Below are positions 25,569-37,330 of a stretch of DNA of 64,000 nucleotides, one piece after another. Below the pieces are notes generated by a model. The model saw only the letters and a list, made by a program, of their open reading frames with translations, had not been told where the DNA came from and did no database searches. A program made the translations under genes and the position numbers. The stretch's first letter is position 1, and every line of letters starts with the position of its first letter. The stretch lies in contig JAGIQG010000003.1 in assembly GCA_024679065.1 (NCBI GenBank), forward strand, positions 85,250,001-85,314,000. Reading direction: 5' to 3'. This DNA comes from Sphyrna mokarran (lineage: Eukaryota).

Positions 25569-25742
25569 TTTGCGTCAGTTGTAGATGCGCCAAGTTTGGT
25601 GGCGTTTAAGAGGTTAGTAGATAAGTTTATGGATGAAAGGGGAATGGTTTAGGTTAGAGGGTCACTGCTTGTTCCTAATTGGTCGGCGCAACATCGAAGG
25701 CCAAAGGGCCTGTTCTGCACTGTAATGTTCTATGTTCTATGT
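25569..25742 (+). mobile_element. CR1 3' end with (gttctat)n tail and TSD
   Basis: ggtcggcgcaacatcgaaggccaaagggcctgttctgcactgtaatgttctatgttctatg; tctatc at 25563-25568 and 25743-25748. Confidence 0.85.
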
Positions 25743-25866
25743 TCTATCCACAATCTACAAGGCACAAATCAAGAATGTGCTGGAATATTTTCCACTTGCA
25801 TGGATGAGTGCAGCTCTAACAAAATTCAAGAAGCTCCACACCATCTGGGACAAAGCAGCCTGTTTG

Positions 25867-27103
25867 TGAGGTGATGCATTTCGGGAGAAAAAATGCATGG
25901 GGGGAGGTATATGATAAAGGGTAGACCTATTAAGAGTATAGAAATGCAGAGGGACCTGGGGGTGCAGGTGAACAAGTTTCTGAAGGTGGCAGAGTAAGTG
26001 GAGAAGGTTGTGAAGAAAGCATATAGTATGTTAGCCTTTATAGGAAGGGGAATAAAGTACAAGAGCTGGCCTTTAATGTTGCAGTTGTATAAAACGCTGG
26101 TTAGACCTCATTTGGAATACTGAGTCCAGTTCTGGTCGCCTTACCACCGGAAGGACGTGGACACTCTGGAGAGAGTGCAGAGGAGGTTTACCAGGATGCT
26201 GCCTGGTATGGAAGGTCTGAGTTACGAGGAGAGATTAGGCAAATTGGGATTGTTTTCCTTAGAAAGACGTAGACTCGGAGGAGATCTAATAGAGGTGTAC
26301 AAGATTATGAGGGGTATAGATAGAGTAAACAGGGTTAAGCTTTTTCCTAGGATGGACTCAAATAGCACGAGGGGTCACGGGCTTAGGGTGAGGGGGGTAA
26401 GGTATAATTTGGAATCTAGAGGGAGTTTTTTCACACAGAGGGTGGTGGGGATATGGAAAGCGCTGCCAAGTAAAGTGGTGGAGGCAGGTACTCTGGAGAT
26501 ATTTAAGAGATACTTAGATGGGCACATGAACAGAATGGGAATGGAGGGGTATAGAAAACTGATTTAAAATGGGGATCATGAGCCTTGGGAGTCGCTGAGA
26601 AGTGTGTAAATAGATGATGATATTGATGTACTTGTTTTTATCCTACAGTTGCTTTGGTCCACCTTGTTCTGTAACGAGGGGCATACACGTGATGGGTCGT
26701 GAGAAGGCTGCTCTTGGATCTTTTTCGAGAGTATCCTAGTGCTTCACGTTGTTAGTGTACGCTTGACCTGAACCATTTGATGGGCAACACGACAGCTCAG
26801 TGACTATCGCTGTGCTGTGCAGATACATGGATTTGGGCCTGTGTCTGTGGGAGTTTGCGCATTCTCCCCGTGCTTGCGTGGGTTTTCTCCGGGTGCTCCG
26901 GTTTCCTCCCACATCCCAAAGATGTGCTCTTAGGCTAATTGGCAAAACAAATTCTCCCTAAATTGTCTCAAATTTGGTTTTTAATCCACAGATCTATAAA
27001 CATGGACAGGGATCGCGGATAGAGGTGGGAACATCGGGGTGGTGGTGCGGGCTTGTTGGGCTGAAGGGCCTGTTTCCCGTGCTGTTTTGTTCTTTGTTCT
27101 TTG
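25867..27103 (+). mobile_element. Young CR1/HER1 LINE with composite V-domain 3' UTR (copy 3)
   Basis: ORF2 C-terminus (ORF 26157-26567 ...YLDGHMNRMGMEGYRKLI), same UTR module; tgtttg at 25861-25866 and 27102-27107 is a TSD overlapping the tail. Confidence 0.92.
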
Positions 27104-28599
27104 TTTGATTGACAGTCCTTCCAGAAACATTCACTCCCTCCATCACCAATGCACAGCAGCTGTGCATACCATCTACAAGATGCACTGTTCCTTAGGCATC
27201 ACCTTCCAAACCCACAACCCACTACCATTCAGAAGGACAGGAGCAGCAGATACCTGGGAACACCACTATCTGGAAGTTTCCCTCCAACTTATTCACCATC
27301 CTAACCTGGAAATATATCACCATCCCTTCACTATCACTGAATTCCCCCCCTAACAGCACTGTGGGTGTACCTACATCATCTGGGCTGCAGCTGTTCAAGA
27401 TGGCAACTCACCACCACTTTCTCAAGGACGATTAGGAATGGGCAATAAATGCTGGTCTAGCCAATGACATTCACATCCCATAAATGAATAAGGAAATGCA
27501 TAACATATAGATATGAGGGAGGGAATATACCTCTATCATCAGTCAACTGGGTCTGCAGTGTGTAGACTCCAGAAGAAGCACTGCAACAATTTGCAAAAGC
27601 TTTTTATCGTGAATAAAGCAAGGCAGAGCTATAGACTCCACAAGGTAATTCAAAAAGACATGAGGCTTGAACATGCTCCTTTCGTTTGCAGGGAACAGGT
27701 TCTTGTGTATGAAAGCATGTCTTTTTAAGCAAATGTAAATGAGGTATGTTATAAACTTGAGGGATTATTTTAAATTGGCTTTACCTCACTGCTTTGGTAT
27801 AAAAATTCTGCAACCACGTTTTCCTAACAGCACTGTGGATGCACCTACACCAAATAAACTATGGCGGCTCAAAGAAGAGACACACAAATGGCCTGCTCAA
27901 GGGCAATTAAGGATGGGCATTGAATACTGGTCCAGCCAGTGATGCCCACAACCTGCGAATGAACAAAAAATAAACAGTCCATCTCTCTGCCAGGAAAATA
28001 GTCAACCCAGCAAACTGTGGCAATTGGATCAGGGACCATTTCACTCCTTGTGGCTCATCTTTAGCACACTATAAATCCTAAAACCAAACAGCAGGGAAGG
28101 AGGCCCTTCAGCCCATCAAGAATCTGCTGAATCTCTCAAAGACCTATCCAGTTAGTCCCACTTGCATTATCTTTCCCCCCACCCCAGAAACCTGCTTATG
28201 TTCATGTTTTTATGCAAAGATCTGGATAAACACGGGACAAGTTATTGTGGCCATTGTGGCAAAAGTTTTCCTTTTCAAATTACCATAAATGTGGTTTCAG
28301 ACACAGGCTCAATGAAAGAAGGACTCAGAGTATAGGGCTGATCTTGCCTGGCGTTTTCAACTAATACAGTTCATTCTGTAATTCATCAGATACGTTCTTT
28401 TGATGACAATTACTTGTGTTGAGTTTCTCAATAACATGGAAAGCAAATAGTTGTGTTATGTGGAAGCCAGCAACATACACACGCACAATCCCAGACTGTT
28501 CAATAATTGCACCAGATTAAAAATCATTAAATAAAGAGTCCTGTACAATGTCACACCTCCAGGACATATCTTATCTTTAATATAACATTATCATCAACT

Positions 28600-29555
28600 C
28601 TGTAAACTTGAACTCGTCCAATTCTCCACTGCCCCTGTCCTAATAAACACTAAAACCCGTTGCTCCATCATTCATCCATCACCCCTTTGCCAACTGACTT
28701 CCACTAGCTCCTGGTTAAGCAACATCTTGATTTTAAGTCTTGCCCTTGTTTTCAAAGCCATGGCCTCACCCCTTCCTAGCTCTCTAATCTCCTCCAGTCC
28801 CACAACCCTCTGATATATCTACATCAGGACACAGGCAGCAAGTACATAGGAATGCCACAACTTGGGAGCTCTCTCAAGTTGTAGGAAGCTGAGGAGTGAT
28901 CTTATAGAGGTCTATAAAATAATGAGGGGCACAGATCAGCTGGATAGTCAATATCTTTTCCCAAAGATAGAGGAGTCTCAAACTAGAGAGCATAGGTTTA
29001 AGGTGAGAGGGGAGAGATACAAAAGTATCCAGAGAGACAACTTTTTTCACACACAGTTTGGTGAGGTCTGGAACAAACTGCCACAGGTAGTAATAAAGGC
29101 GGACACAATTTTGTCTTTTAAAAAGCATTCAGACAGTTATATAACTACGATGGGTATAGATGGATATGGGCCAAATGCAGGCAACTGGGATTAGCTTAGG
29201 GGCTTCTAAAAAATGGCGGCATGGACAAATTGGGCCAAAGGGCCTGTTTCCATGCTGTAAACTTCTATGACCCTACAAGTGACTCATCATGCCGACTTAA
29301 AATCTAATTCTGGCCTTTTGAGCATCCCCATTTTAATTTTCCAGTGTTGGTGTCTGCACCTTCAGTTGTCGGGTCTTGAGGTTTGGAATTCCATCCCTAA
29401 TCCTCGATTTCCACCTTTAATTTGCTTCTTAAAACCCACCTCTATAACAAAGTCTTTGGCCACCTTCCCAATAACTCTTCATGGGGGGCTTGGTGTTAGA
29501 CTTAGTTTCATAATGTTCCTTTGAAGCACCTTGAGGTGTCTCATTACATTAAAAC
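28600..29555 (+). mobile_element. L2 3' fragment interrupted by a conventional HER1 LINE (about 28870-29275)
   Basis: L2 motifs (catcacccct...gacttccactagctcc; tggaattccatccct) flank ORF 28862-29194 (LRSDLIEVYKIMRG...GYGPNAGNWD), which has a short HER1 UTR lacking the composite module. Confidence 0.8.
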
Positions 29556-29564
29556 CATAGAAAG

Positions 29565-29830
29565 AAACTATACAAACCATAGAAATCCTGTAGTACAGAA
29601 AGAGGCCATTTGGCTCATCGAGTCTGCACCGACAACAACCCCACCCAGATATCTATCCCCATATCCCTAATACTTTACCCGTTAATCCCTCCAACCTATG
29701 GGACACTAAGGGGCAATTTAGCATGGTCAATCAACCTGCATATCTTTGGACTGTGGGAGAAAACCAGAGCACTGGGAGAAAACCCACATAGACACAGGAA
29801 GAATGTGCAAATTCTACATAGACAGTGACC
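29565..29830 (-). mobile_element. HE1 V-SINE
   Basis: caatttagcatggtcaatcaacctgcatatctttggactgtgggagaaaacc V-domain antisense, plus HER1 tail. Confidence 0.85.
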
Positions 29831-29869
29831 CTAGCCAGGAAATTAGAGACACTGTATAAATATATGTAT

Positions 29870-30862
29870 AAAATGGAATGGTTGGGAGGAGGGGAGAGGA
29901 GGGAGGGCAGACTGTAAAAATGGACGTGGTGTTCCAATATTGCTCAAGGAGTCAATTGCTACAGGGAAGAGAGATGATATCTTAGCAGGCCCTTCAATTC
30001 AGACCATATGGGTAAACTGAAAAACAAAATGGGGCCAATCAGTTCGCTGGGAGTGTACTACAATCTCACAAACAGTCAGGAAGAGATAGAAGAGCAGATA
30101 TGCAGGCAAATCTCAGAGAAGTGTAAAGATAATTGGGTGTAATTGTCAGGGATTTCAACATTTGCAATGTTAATTGGGATAGGGAAAGTTTGAAAGGCTA
30201 AGAAAGGGAAGAACTCTTGAAAGGGATCTAAGAGAGCTTTCCGAGCCAGCACATAGCATACACAAAAAGAGGCAGTATGGGATCTAATTGTAGGGAATGA
30301 AGCTGGTCAGGTGGCAGAGTTGTCAGTGGGGGAACATTTTGGTGATAGTGATCATAACTGTGTAAGATTTAAGGTAGTTATGGAAACAGAAAAGAAATAA
30401 AATTCTGGACTGGAGGAAAGCCATTTTAATAAGACATGGCAGGTTCTGCCAAAGGGCATTTTGAGCAGCTACTTGAAGGAAGATCAGAGCAGTGGGAGTC
30501 ATTCAAAAAGGAAATAGAGAGAGTACAAGGCCAGCATGTTCCCAGAAAGGTTAAGGATGGGACCAAAACATCCAGAGATCTCAAAGATGTACAGGATTGG
30601 ATAAGGGAAAAAGGGGCAGCTTGTCTCAGATATTACGGGTTCAAGAAAATGGATACCTTAGAGGAATATAGAAGGTGCAGGGGGGTACACAAAGAAGAAA
30701 TTGGGAGAGCTAAGACGGGGCGTGGAAAACTACCGGCAAGCAAAATAAAAGAAAATCCCAAGGTCATTTCCAAGCATATTTAAAACAGAGGGTTCATTAG
30801 GGACCAAAGTGGCAATCAGTGTGTGAAACTGGAAGATGCAGATGAATTATTAACTGAGTATT
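29870..30862 (+). mobile_element. CR1 ORF2 endonuclease/linker fragment
   Basis: Degenerate GDFN, GEHFGDSDHN and KIKENPK motifs. Confidence 0.8.
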
Positions 30863-31064
30863 TGGGGAGTGTGGGAAGAAATAAGAGGACCCAGAGGAAA
30901 CACATGGGGAGAACATGTAAGTTGCACACAGACAGCTACCTGAGGTTCCTGGCGCTGAGGCAGCAGTGCTAACCAGTGTGCTGGTAAGTTTAATGTCCCA
31001 GCCACTCTGTAAACCAGTAAACGCAACCCTCGCTAGCCTAGGTTGCCCATGTTCCTGTTGTATA

Positions 31065-31066
<2 letters not shown>

Positions 31067-31096
<30 letters not shown>
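31067..31096. repeat. (GT)n microsatellite
   Basis: About 15 GT/TG dinucleotide units. Confidence 0.95.
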
Positions 31097-31098
<2 letters not shown>

Positions 31099-31589
31099 GT
31101 GTTGATCATTCTCCCTGGTCTGACTGTGTGAATAAATTAAGCTGATTTCATCATAAAGAGAGTTTTGGGTTTAATGTGTCTGTAAAAATCAGACTTCACA
31201 GACTGAAGGTCTGGGGAAACATGCCACAGCCTATTTCTAAAACGATAAAAATACCTCTGCTTACGGAGAGACTGTGAGAAGGTAAAGGAGTTCAATTGGC
31301 CTCTCTCTTCTTGTTGGAGGGGCTGGGATATTCATCTAACTGATTCATAGCGGTGCTGTAAAAATGGGACATGGCTTCACTTCTTGCAATAATTCTGTGT
31401 TACACAGGACTCCTGGAGCAGCAGTGCTATACATTTCTCTGTAGGTCTGGGTAAGAAATATAGAGCTGCAGTCTAAGTGAAAAGGAGCGCAGTGGCAGTC
31501 TGATGATGATTATCTCTCCAGGTTATGCAGCCAGATCTGTATTAATTACATAAATTAGAGGATTAAGTAGCAAGCAGTATACAGGGGTG

Positions 31590-31810
31590 AACTCCTCTGC
31601 CCTTCTTTAAAATACTGCAATGGGATTTTATTAGGATCATTGGAGAGGGCAAACAGCATCTCAGTTTAACGTCTCAGCTGAAAGACAGGATATCTGACCT
31701 CACAGCGTTCTTTCAGCGCTGAGGTGTAGCCAGGATTGTGTGCTTAGATCTCTGGAGTGAGACTTCAACCCACCACCTCCAACTGAGCAGTGAGCATGGG
31801 CGCCGCTGAA
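31590..31810 (-). mobile_element. SacSINE1-like DeuSINE fragment
   Basis: gtttaacgtctcagctgaaagacagg...gtgcttagatctctggagtgagacttcaaccc is antisense to the SINE head and core. Confidence 0.65.
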
Positions 31811-32525
31811 ACACATTGGGTGCACAATTCCACTGAACCCAGTATATTAGCAGACTTTTCAAAAAGCCACGGATGTGAATTTTTCTCGGAAAATTTGATC
31901 GTCAAAATCTTCCTAAAAGCTTTGCTATAAATCAGAGATAAACTTGCCGACATTCAACTACAATATATCCTAGTTTCACTGTTGACACAGCTTTTGACTT
32001 TTTCAGATTTTGCCAAGAGCATTCTTGGGCTGAGAATGGGCATTTATTACTCAAACTCAGCTCCACAATGATTGCTACTACTCCAGGTTAAATCTGATCT
32101 TCTTCTGCTTTGGCACCCCCATTTCTATTTAGTAAAGAGATTTATTAATTTTTCCTGATCCAATGTGACATGACTGGAGTTGTTTTTTTTTTGAAAATGT
32201 GGCTTGAGTTTGTGTTCCAAAGAGCAAAAAAAAATCTGAATTTTAAAACCAATCTGTTCAAACGTAAAGAGGGGGAGTGATGAAGGACACAGCAGGTCAG
32301 GCAGCTGAAGATCAATGTTGGTAAATTCTGAGAGACAATAGTCCAAGCAAAATGATAGATATTTGGAAAAATATGGGTGAATAAAAGGACAGTTAGTCTG
32401 TTGAAGGCAAACTGCACTTACTGTGAGTGATGTTTATTAACATGCCACAGAATAGATTTATAAGCAAAACTGTATTTAACAAGGTTAAGGGGCAGCACGG
32501 ATGTAAAACTGGCTAAGGAACAGAA

Positions 32526-32644
32526 TAAGAAGTCTGACACCAAGCTTGTGTGAGTTTACTATCAAATAAATCGGTTGGACTTAAAGCTGGTGTTGTCAGA
32601 CTTCTTACTGTGTTTACCCCAGTCCAACGCCAGCATCTCTACAT
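32526..32644 (+). mobile_element. Penelope-like short insertion with 12-bp TSD, inside a CR1 RT fragment
   Basis: taaggaacagaa duplicated at 32514-32525 and 32645-32656; ends accccagtccaacgccagcatctctacat. Confidence 0.75.
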
Positions 32645-32882
32645 TAAGGAACAGAAAGCAGTGTGGAGCTGAACACTTTCAGACTGAAGGGCAACTGGAC
32701 TTCTGCAGGAGTCACTACTGCAACCACTGCTGTTTTTCATAAGAACCCGGAGTTGGGTAAACGGGGGATTTATTTCAAAATTTACAGATGACATAAGCCT
32801 TAGGAATGTAGTAAACAGTGCGGAGGATTGTAACTGACTTCAGCAGCTCATTGACAGACTGCTTGAATGGATGGTGAAATGG

Positions 32883-33095
32883 ATAGCACAGTGGTTAGCA
32901 CTGCAGCCTCACAACGCCAGGGACTCCAGTTCAATTCTGGTCTTGGGTGACTGTCTATGTGGAGTTTGCACTTTTTCCTCGTGTCTGCATGGGTTTTCCT
33001 CTGGATGCTCCGGTTTCCTCCCGCACTCCAAAGATGTGCAGGTTAGGTTGATTGGCCATGATAAGGTGCCCCTTAGTGTCAGGGGGATTGGCAAG
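32883..33095 (+). mobile_element. HE1 V-SINE (3'-truncated)
   Basis: tRNA head with agttcaattc B-box and intact V-domain. Confidence 0.85.
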
Positions 33096-33279
33096 GCCAT
33101 CACTCCAGATCTCCATATCAAAGAGACAAGAGTTTGGAGTTTCAGAATCTAAATTCAGTGTCTGCCTTTTCCATCAATAGCTGTCTAATTTGAACAACGG
33201 TTCTGTGAAGTGCTTAACCAAAGCTGACTCCTAATTGTGCAGTGCTATGAACCCTCAGACCTATATTCCAGATAAAGTT

Positions 33280-34270
33280 CTGTTTAGATGCCTTGAGGAA
33301 GAAAACCTTCACTGTTAGTCTGCATAAACCCATTGCTAGCTTATCATGGTCTCTTCCCTCTCTTGCACCATTATCTTGTAGCCCACTGAGGACCTTTATT
33401 TCTCATCTACAAGTTAAGAGTTGTTTTCAAATTATGTCACCATGTCAGTCTCTGCATGTGCATTCTGGTTACCTTCAACTCCATCCCACTGTCACCTTCT
33501 TGGACCCCTCCACTGTCAGACTGTTTGTCCAACATCAAATATCAGATGAAAAGAAAATTTCTTCCATGAAATATTGCAAGGATTGATGCGATTCTCTTCA
33601 ATTCTCGCTACAAACTATATTCCCTGCTCATAGTCTTCATCCCCAGAAGTTATTTTAAGCCAAGCAAGACTGTTCACAACGTTGGTGCTATGTTTGACCC
33701 AGAGATGAGTTTCTGACCATATTTCTGTGCCAGCACCATGACCACCAAGCTCCACCTCCATGTCGTCTTTTGACTCTGATCCTGTCCCAGCTGACTTAGT
33801 GTTGAAAAATTCATTCATTCCTCGGTTACTTCTGGATTTGATTATTCCAATGTTATGCTGGCCAGTCTCCCATTTTCCGTCTTACTTAAACTTGTTATCA
33901 TCCAAATCTTTGTAGTCGGCGTATTTACTTTCTCCAAATCTCATTCACTCATAAACTCTGTGCTTGCTGACCTGCCCTAGCTCTAGTCTAGCCGAGCCTC
34001 AAGTTTAAAATCCTCATTCTTGTTTCAAATACCACCTTGGCTTCACCCCTTTCTAATCCTGTAATCTCCTACAGAACTCCAAGCCATCACAATCTCTGCA
34101 CTCCTAAAATTCTGGCCTCTGGTTCATCCCCAATTTTAATCACCCCACAATTAGCAGCTGCACTTTCAGCTGCCTTGATACTAAGTTTCGGAATTCCCTC
34201 TGTAAACCTCTCCTCCTCTCTTTTATGATACTGCTTAAAAAATTCATCTCTTTAATCAAGCTTTTAAGTT
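33280..34270 (+). mobile_element. Decayed L2 LINE 3' part
   Basis: ctggatttgattattccaatg (RLDYSN-like), gctgacctgccctagctc, cggaattccctc tail motifs. Confidence 0.7.
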
Positions 34271-34789
34271 ACCCTGTGGGGTTTTACAATCCTCGCTCCA
34301 TATCTGGAGCTATTGAGATCAGACATTCCTTTCAATTAATTTCCCTCAACTTCAGCCAGAGAGAGCTAGACTCAGACATATAATTGAGCCCATTAAATCT
34401 AACTTGTGCTGCCCCTACCCAAATTAAAAGAAAAGTTGAGATTTACTCTCTTCCCAATAGTTTAAGTTCAAACTATATTTTAGTTAGATTGTAGTTTGCC
34501 TTATATTACAAGGAGTCTGGGTAAAACTCCACAATAAATATCCATCCAGTGAATACAGCAGGGCTCATTGGGTATTTGACGCATAAGACTAGGTGAGTTA
34601 ATTGAAGTTTTAAGGGCATACACAAATTTATGATAACAATGACAAGAATCGCGAAGCTAAACAAATCCTGAAAAGAAACTAGTTCTTATTTCTATAAGTG
34701 GATCCAAAATTCAAATCTGATATAAGGTTTCAAAAAGAAAGTAAGGCTATCCATCAAATATTGTCTGTATGGTTCCCTCTGAGTACTGC

Positions 34790-34960
34790 AGTCTCCTCCC
34801 ACATCCTAAAGATGCGCAGGTTAGGTGAATTGGCCATACTAAATGCATGAGGTTACAGGGATAGCGTGGAGGGGGAGGGATTGGGTGGGAAGCTCTGTCG
34901 GAGAGTCAGTGCAGATGTGATGGGCCAAATGGCCTTTGTCCGCACTGAAGGTATTCTGTG
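34790..34960 (+). mobile_element. HE1 V-SINE 3' half
   Basis: cctcccacatcctaaagatgcgcaggttaggtgaattggcca...gggccaaatggcct. Confidence 0.75.
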
Positions 34961-36089
34961 ACAGTAAAGTGATATTACTTTAATTCCCCGAATATGTGAG
35001 ATTCACTAGATTCAGAACAGCTTTGAAGTCATTCAATGAGAATCTAATCAATCTGAAGATTCGAGTTTGGGTTGAAGAACTTACAATGAATTTTGGGATT
35101 GTATGGTTATAAAGAAGATGCTCATTTGATCAATAATAGACCATCCTTAACAATAATTCTGTATTTGATGAAATATTGTAATGAAGTTCCTGTTCAATTT
35201 CTAGGAAATGTTATTTTGAAATTATTCTGAAAACTGGACTTCGTGTGATAGTCACATTGGTCAATGTTGACAAGTTAAGACGCTGCATCCAGTAAGATAA
35301 TAAAACATCGGGCCTTGAGTTGTGTTTCATATGTTTTTGCTTTTACTTATCAAAGCTGGTTTCATAGCTTATATACTAGTGTCATGGCAAGAATTCCCAA
35401 GATATCGCCTTATTGGTGTGTATAAGTTTTATTAGCAACTTCACATCGTTGTGAAGGGAGGTAAATTGTTGTTTTTTTGCAAGCTAGATATGCTAAGATT
35501 TGTTAAGATATGTTTTACTGTCAGTTTACCCAAAGTAACTTTTAACATAATATTCCTGTATTAATTCCACATTATTTGACTTCACAGTAATTTAATAGCA
35601 GCATTAATGTAAGAGTGCTTGTGACACAAATAAATAATCTCCATTCCTTCACAATTTGTCCTGATATCTCCCTCTGTGGTACAGTGTCAAAAATGCAAAT
35701 GTTGGTCATTTTAAGCCCTACTGGACATTCTGCTACATTGATCACTCTTCTATATGAATGTTAAGTTGCATTTATTGGTTGTTGCTGTTGAATATAGCAT
35801 AGGCCTTTGGTAAGACTGAGTGACAATATCTAATCATGGGAAGTCATTAGGCCTTGTAAATAAGGCAAATTGCATTCTTGTAATATTACAAGATGAATAT
35901 TAGTGTAACAAATAGTAAAACCAACCATACCATGCCTCATTGACTTGGAATCAAATACAGATGTGGAGGAATACGTAGAGATGACATTAGTTGAGCTGAT
36001 AGTCTTTTTGCCATTTTAGTTGGAAGACATTTTGACCCTGAAGCTATGGCTAAGCAAAAACTTTGGACATAGAAGAACTTCTTTTTACC

Positions 36090-36200
36090 TAGGCCAGAAT
36101 TCTCCATTCTTGCACATCCCACTGGCAATGAGAACAGAGAATTTGCTGGTCAGGGACCGCAGAATCCCAGCCTCAAGTGAGATTGGAGAATTTCAGCTCT
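36090..36200. mobile_element. Short MITE
   Basis: ggccagaattctcc...ggagaatttcagct imperfect TIRs of the same style as 6777. Confidence 0.45.
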
Positions 36201-37057
36201 ATTCTCAGTAAGTGGCAGAAATATGCAGGTCCTTGAAATGATGATTGACAGCTAATTAACTGGTGATACATTTGTATACTTCAAATTGGAATCCGGTCTC
36301 ACTACAGAATGATTGATTGGTCAGATTGCCTGAAGAAATGTTTTAATTCAGATCAGGAAAGATGCTTCAGGAAGCTGCTGCTCTCGATTTTAGAAGTTAT
36401 AAACAATATATTTGAAATTAAGGGAAGTGGAAAGTTTGGAGAATTTCAATTCAAAGATATATGAAGGAGTTTTAGGATGCTACAGGAGTGTTTGGAGAAG
36501 ATACAGAATATAAAAGCACAGAATAAACTCAATTATTCGTCATAAAGATTGCACTGAAAAATTGTTCATTGCGCAATAAATTCTACATTCTAAGCACACA
36601 TCCAATCTAATGCTGTTAAGGTAATCTTTAATAGTTTTTGGTCTAGACCAGTTGAGATGATTGCTGTTGTGACAGTTTGTCATTGTTGAATTATAATGTT
36701 TTGAATTTGCCTAAACTTTTATATGACCAATGACATTACTAATGTATTCCCAAATTCTCTTTCACTGGTTAACTGCAAAGGAATCCTTAGAATAACTCAC
36801 AGATTGAATTGTTGAGTGGGACTGTCAATAAAATAATTTTAAAACTCTGTTCCTGAAGCATTTAATACAATCTATCAGAAACACTTCCTGAGATTGAAAT
36901 ATTTCTTTTTGCAAACAGCCTTGCCCAAATCCAATTCGGTGATTGTTGTTGTAAACATGGCTTCTGATTCACTCCATCGATTTATTGTAAAATTGCAAAA
37001 CTCACTTGAATAAGATTGAAAAAGGTAAAATATGAGTTAAAGTGTTTTCCTGATGAA

Positions 37058-37330
37058 GGTGGCACTGCTGCCTCTCAGCGCCAGAGAGCCTAGTTTGATT
37101 CCCAGTTTGGGTCACTGTGCAGAGTTTGTGTGTTTTTCCTGTGTCTTCGAGGGTTCCCTTTGGGTATTCCAGTTTCCTCCCACAGTCCAAAAGACATGCT
37201 GGTTGGCTGCATTGGCCATGCTAAATTCTCCTTTAGTGTACCCGAACAGGTGCCAGAGTGTGATGACGAGAGGATTCTCACAGTAACTTCATTGTAGTGT
37301 GAATGTAAGCTGATCTGTGACTGATAAATA
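37058..37330 (+). mobile_element. HE1-type V-SINE with alternative tail
   Basis: V-domain plus gtgtacccgaacaggtgccagagtgtg...cacagtaacttcattg tail. Confidence 0.85.

Larger units (their letters stand above)
23730..27495 (+). mobile_element. Old CR1/L2-group LINE (distinct family) with nested insertions and duplicated segments
   Basis: Degenerate ILGVTIDQKLNC, TIYKAQIKNVLEYFPLAWMSAALTKFKKLHTIWDKAACL|IDSPSRNIHSLHHQ...TIYKMHC; 3'UTR ends cacatcccataaatgaataa. Confidence 0.75.
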
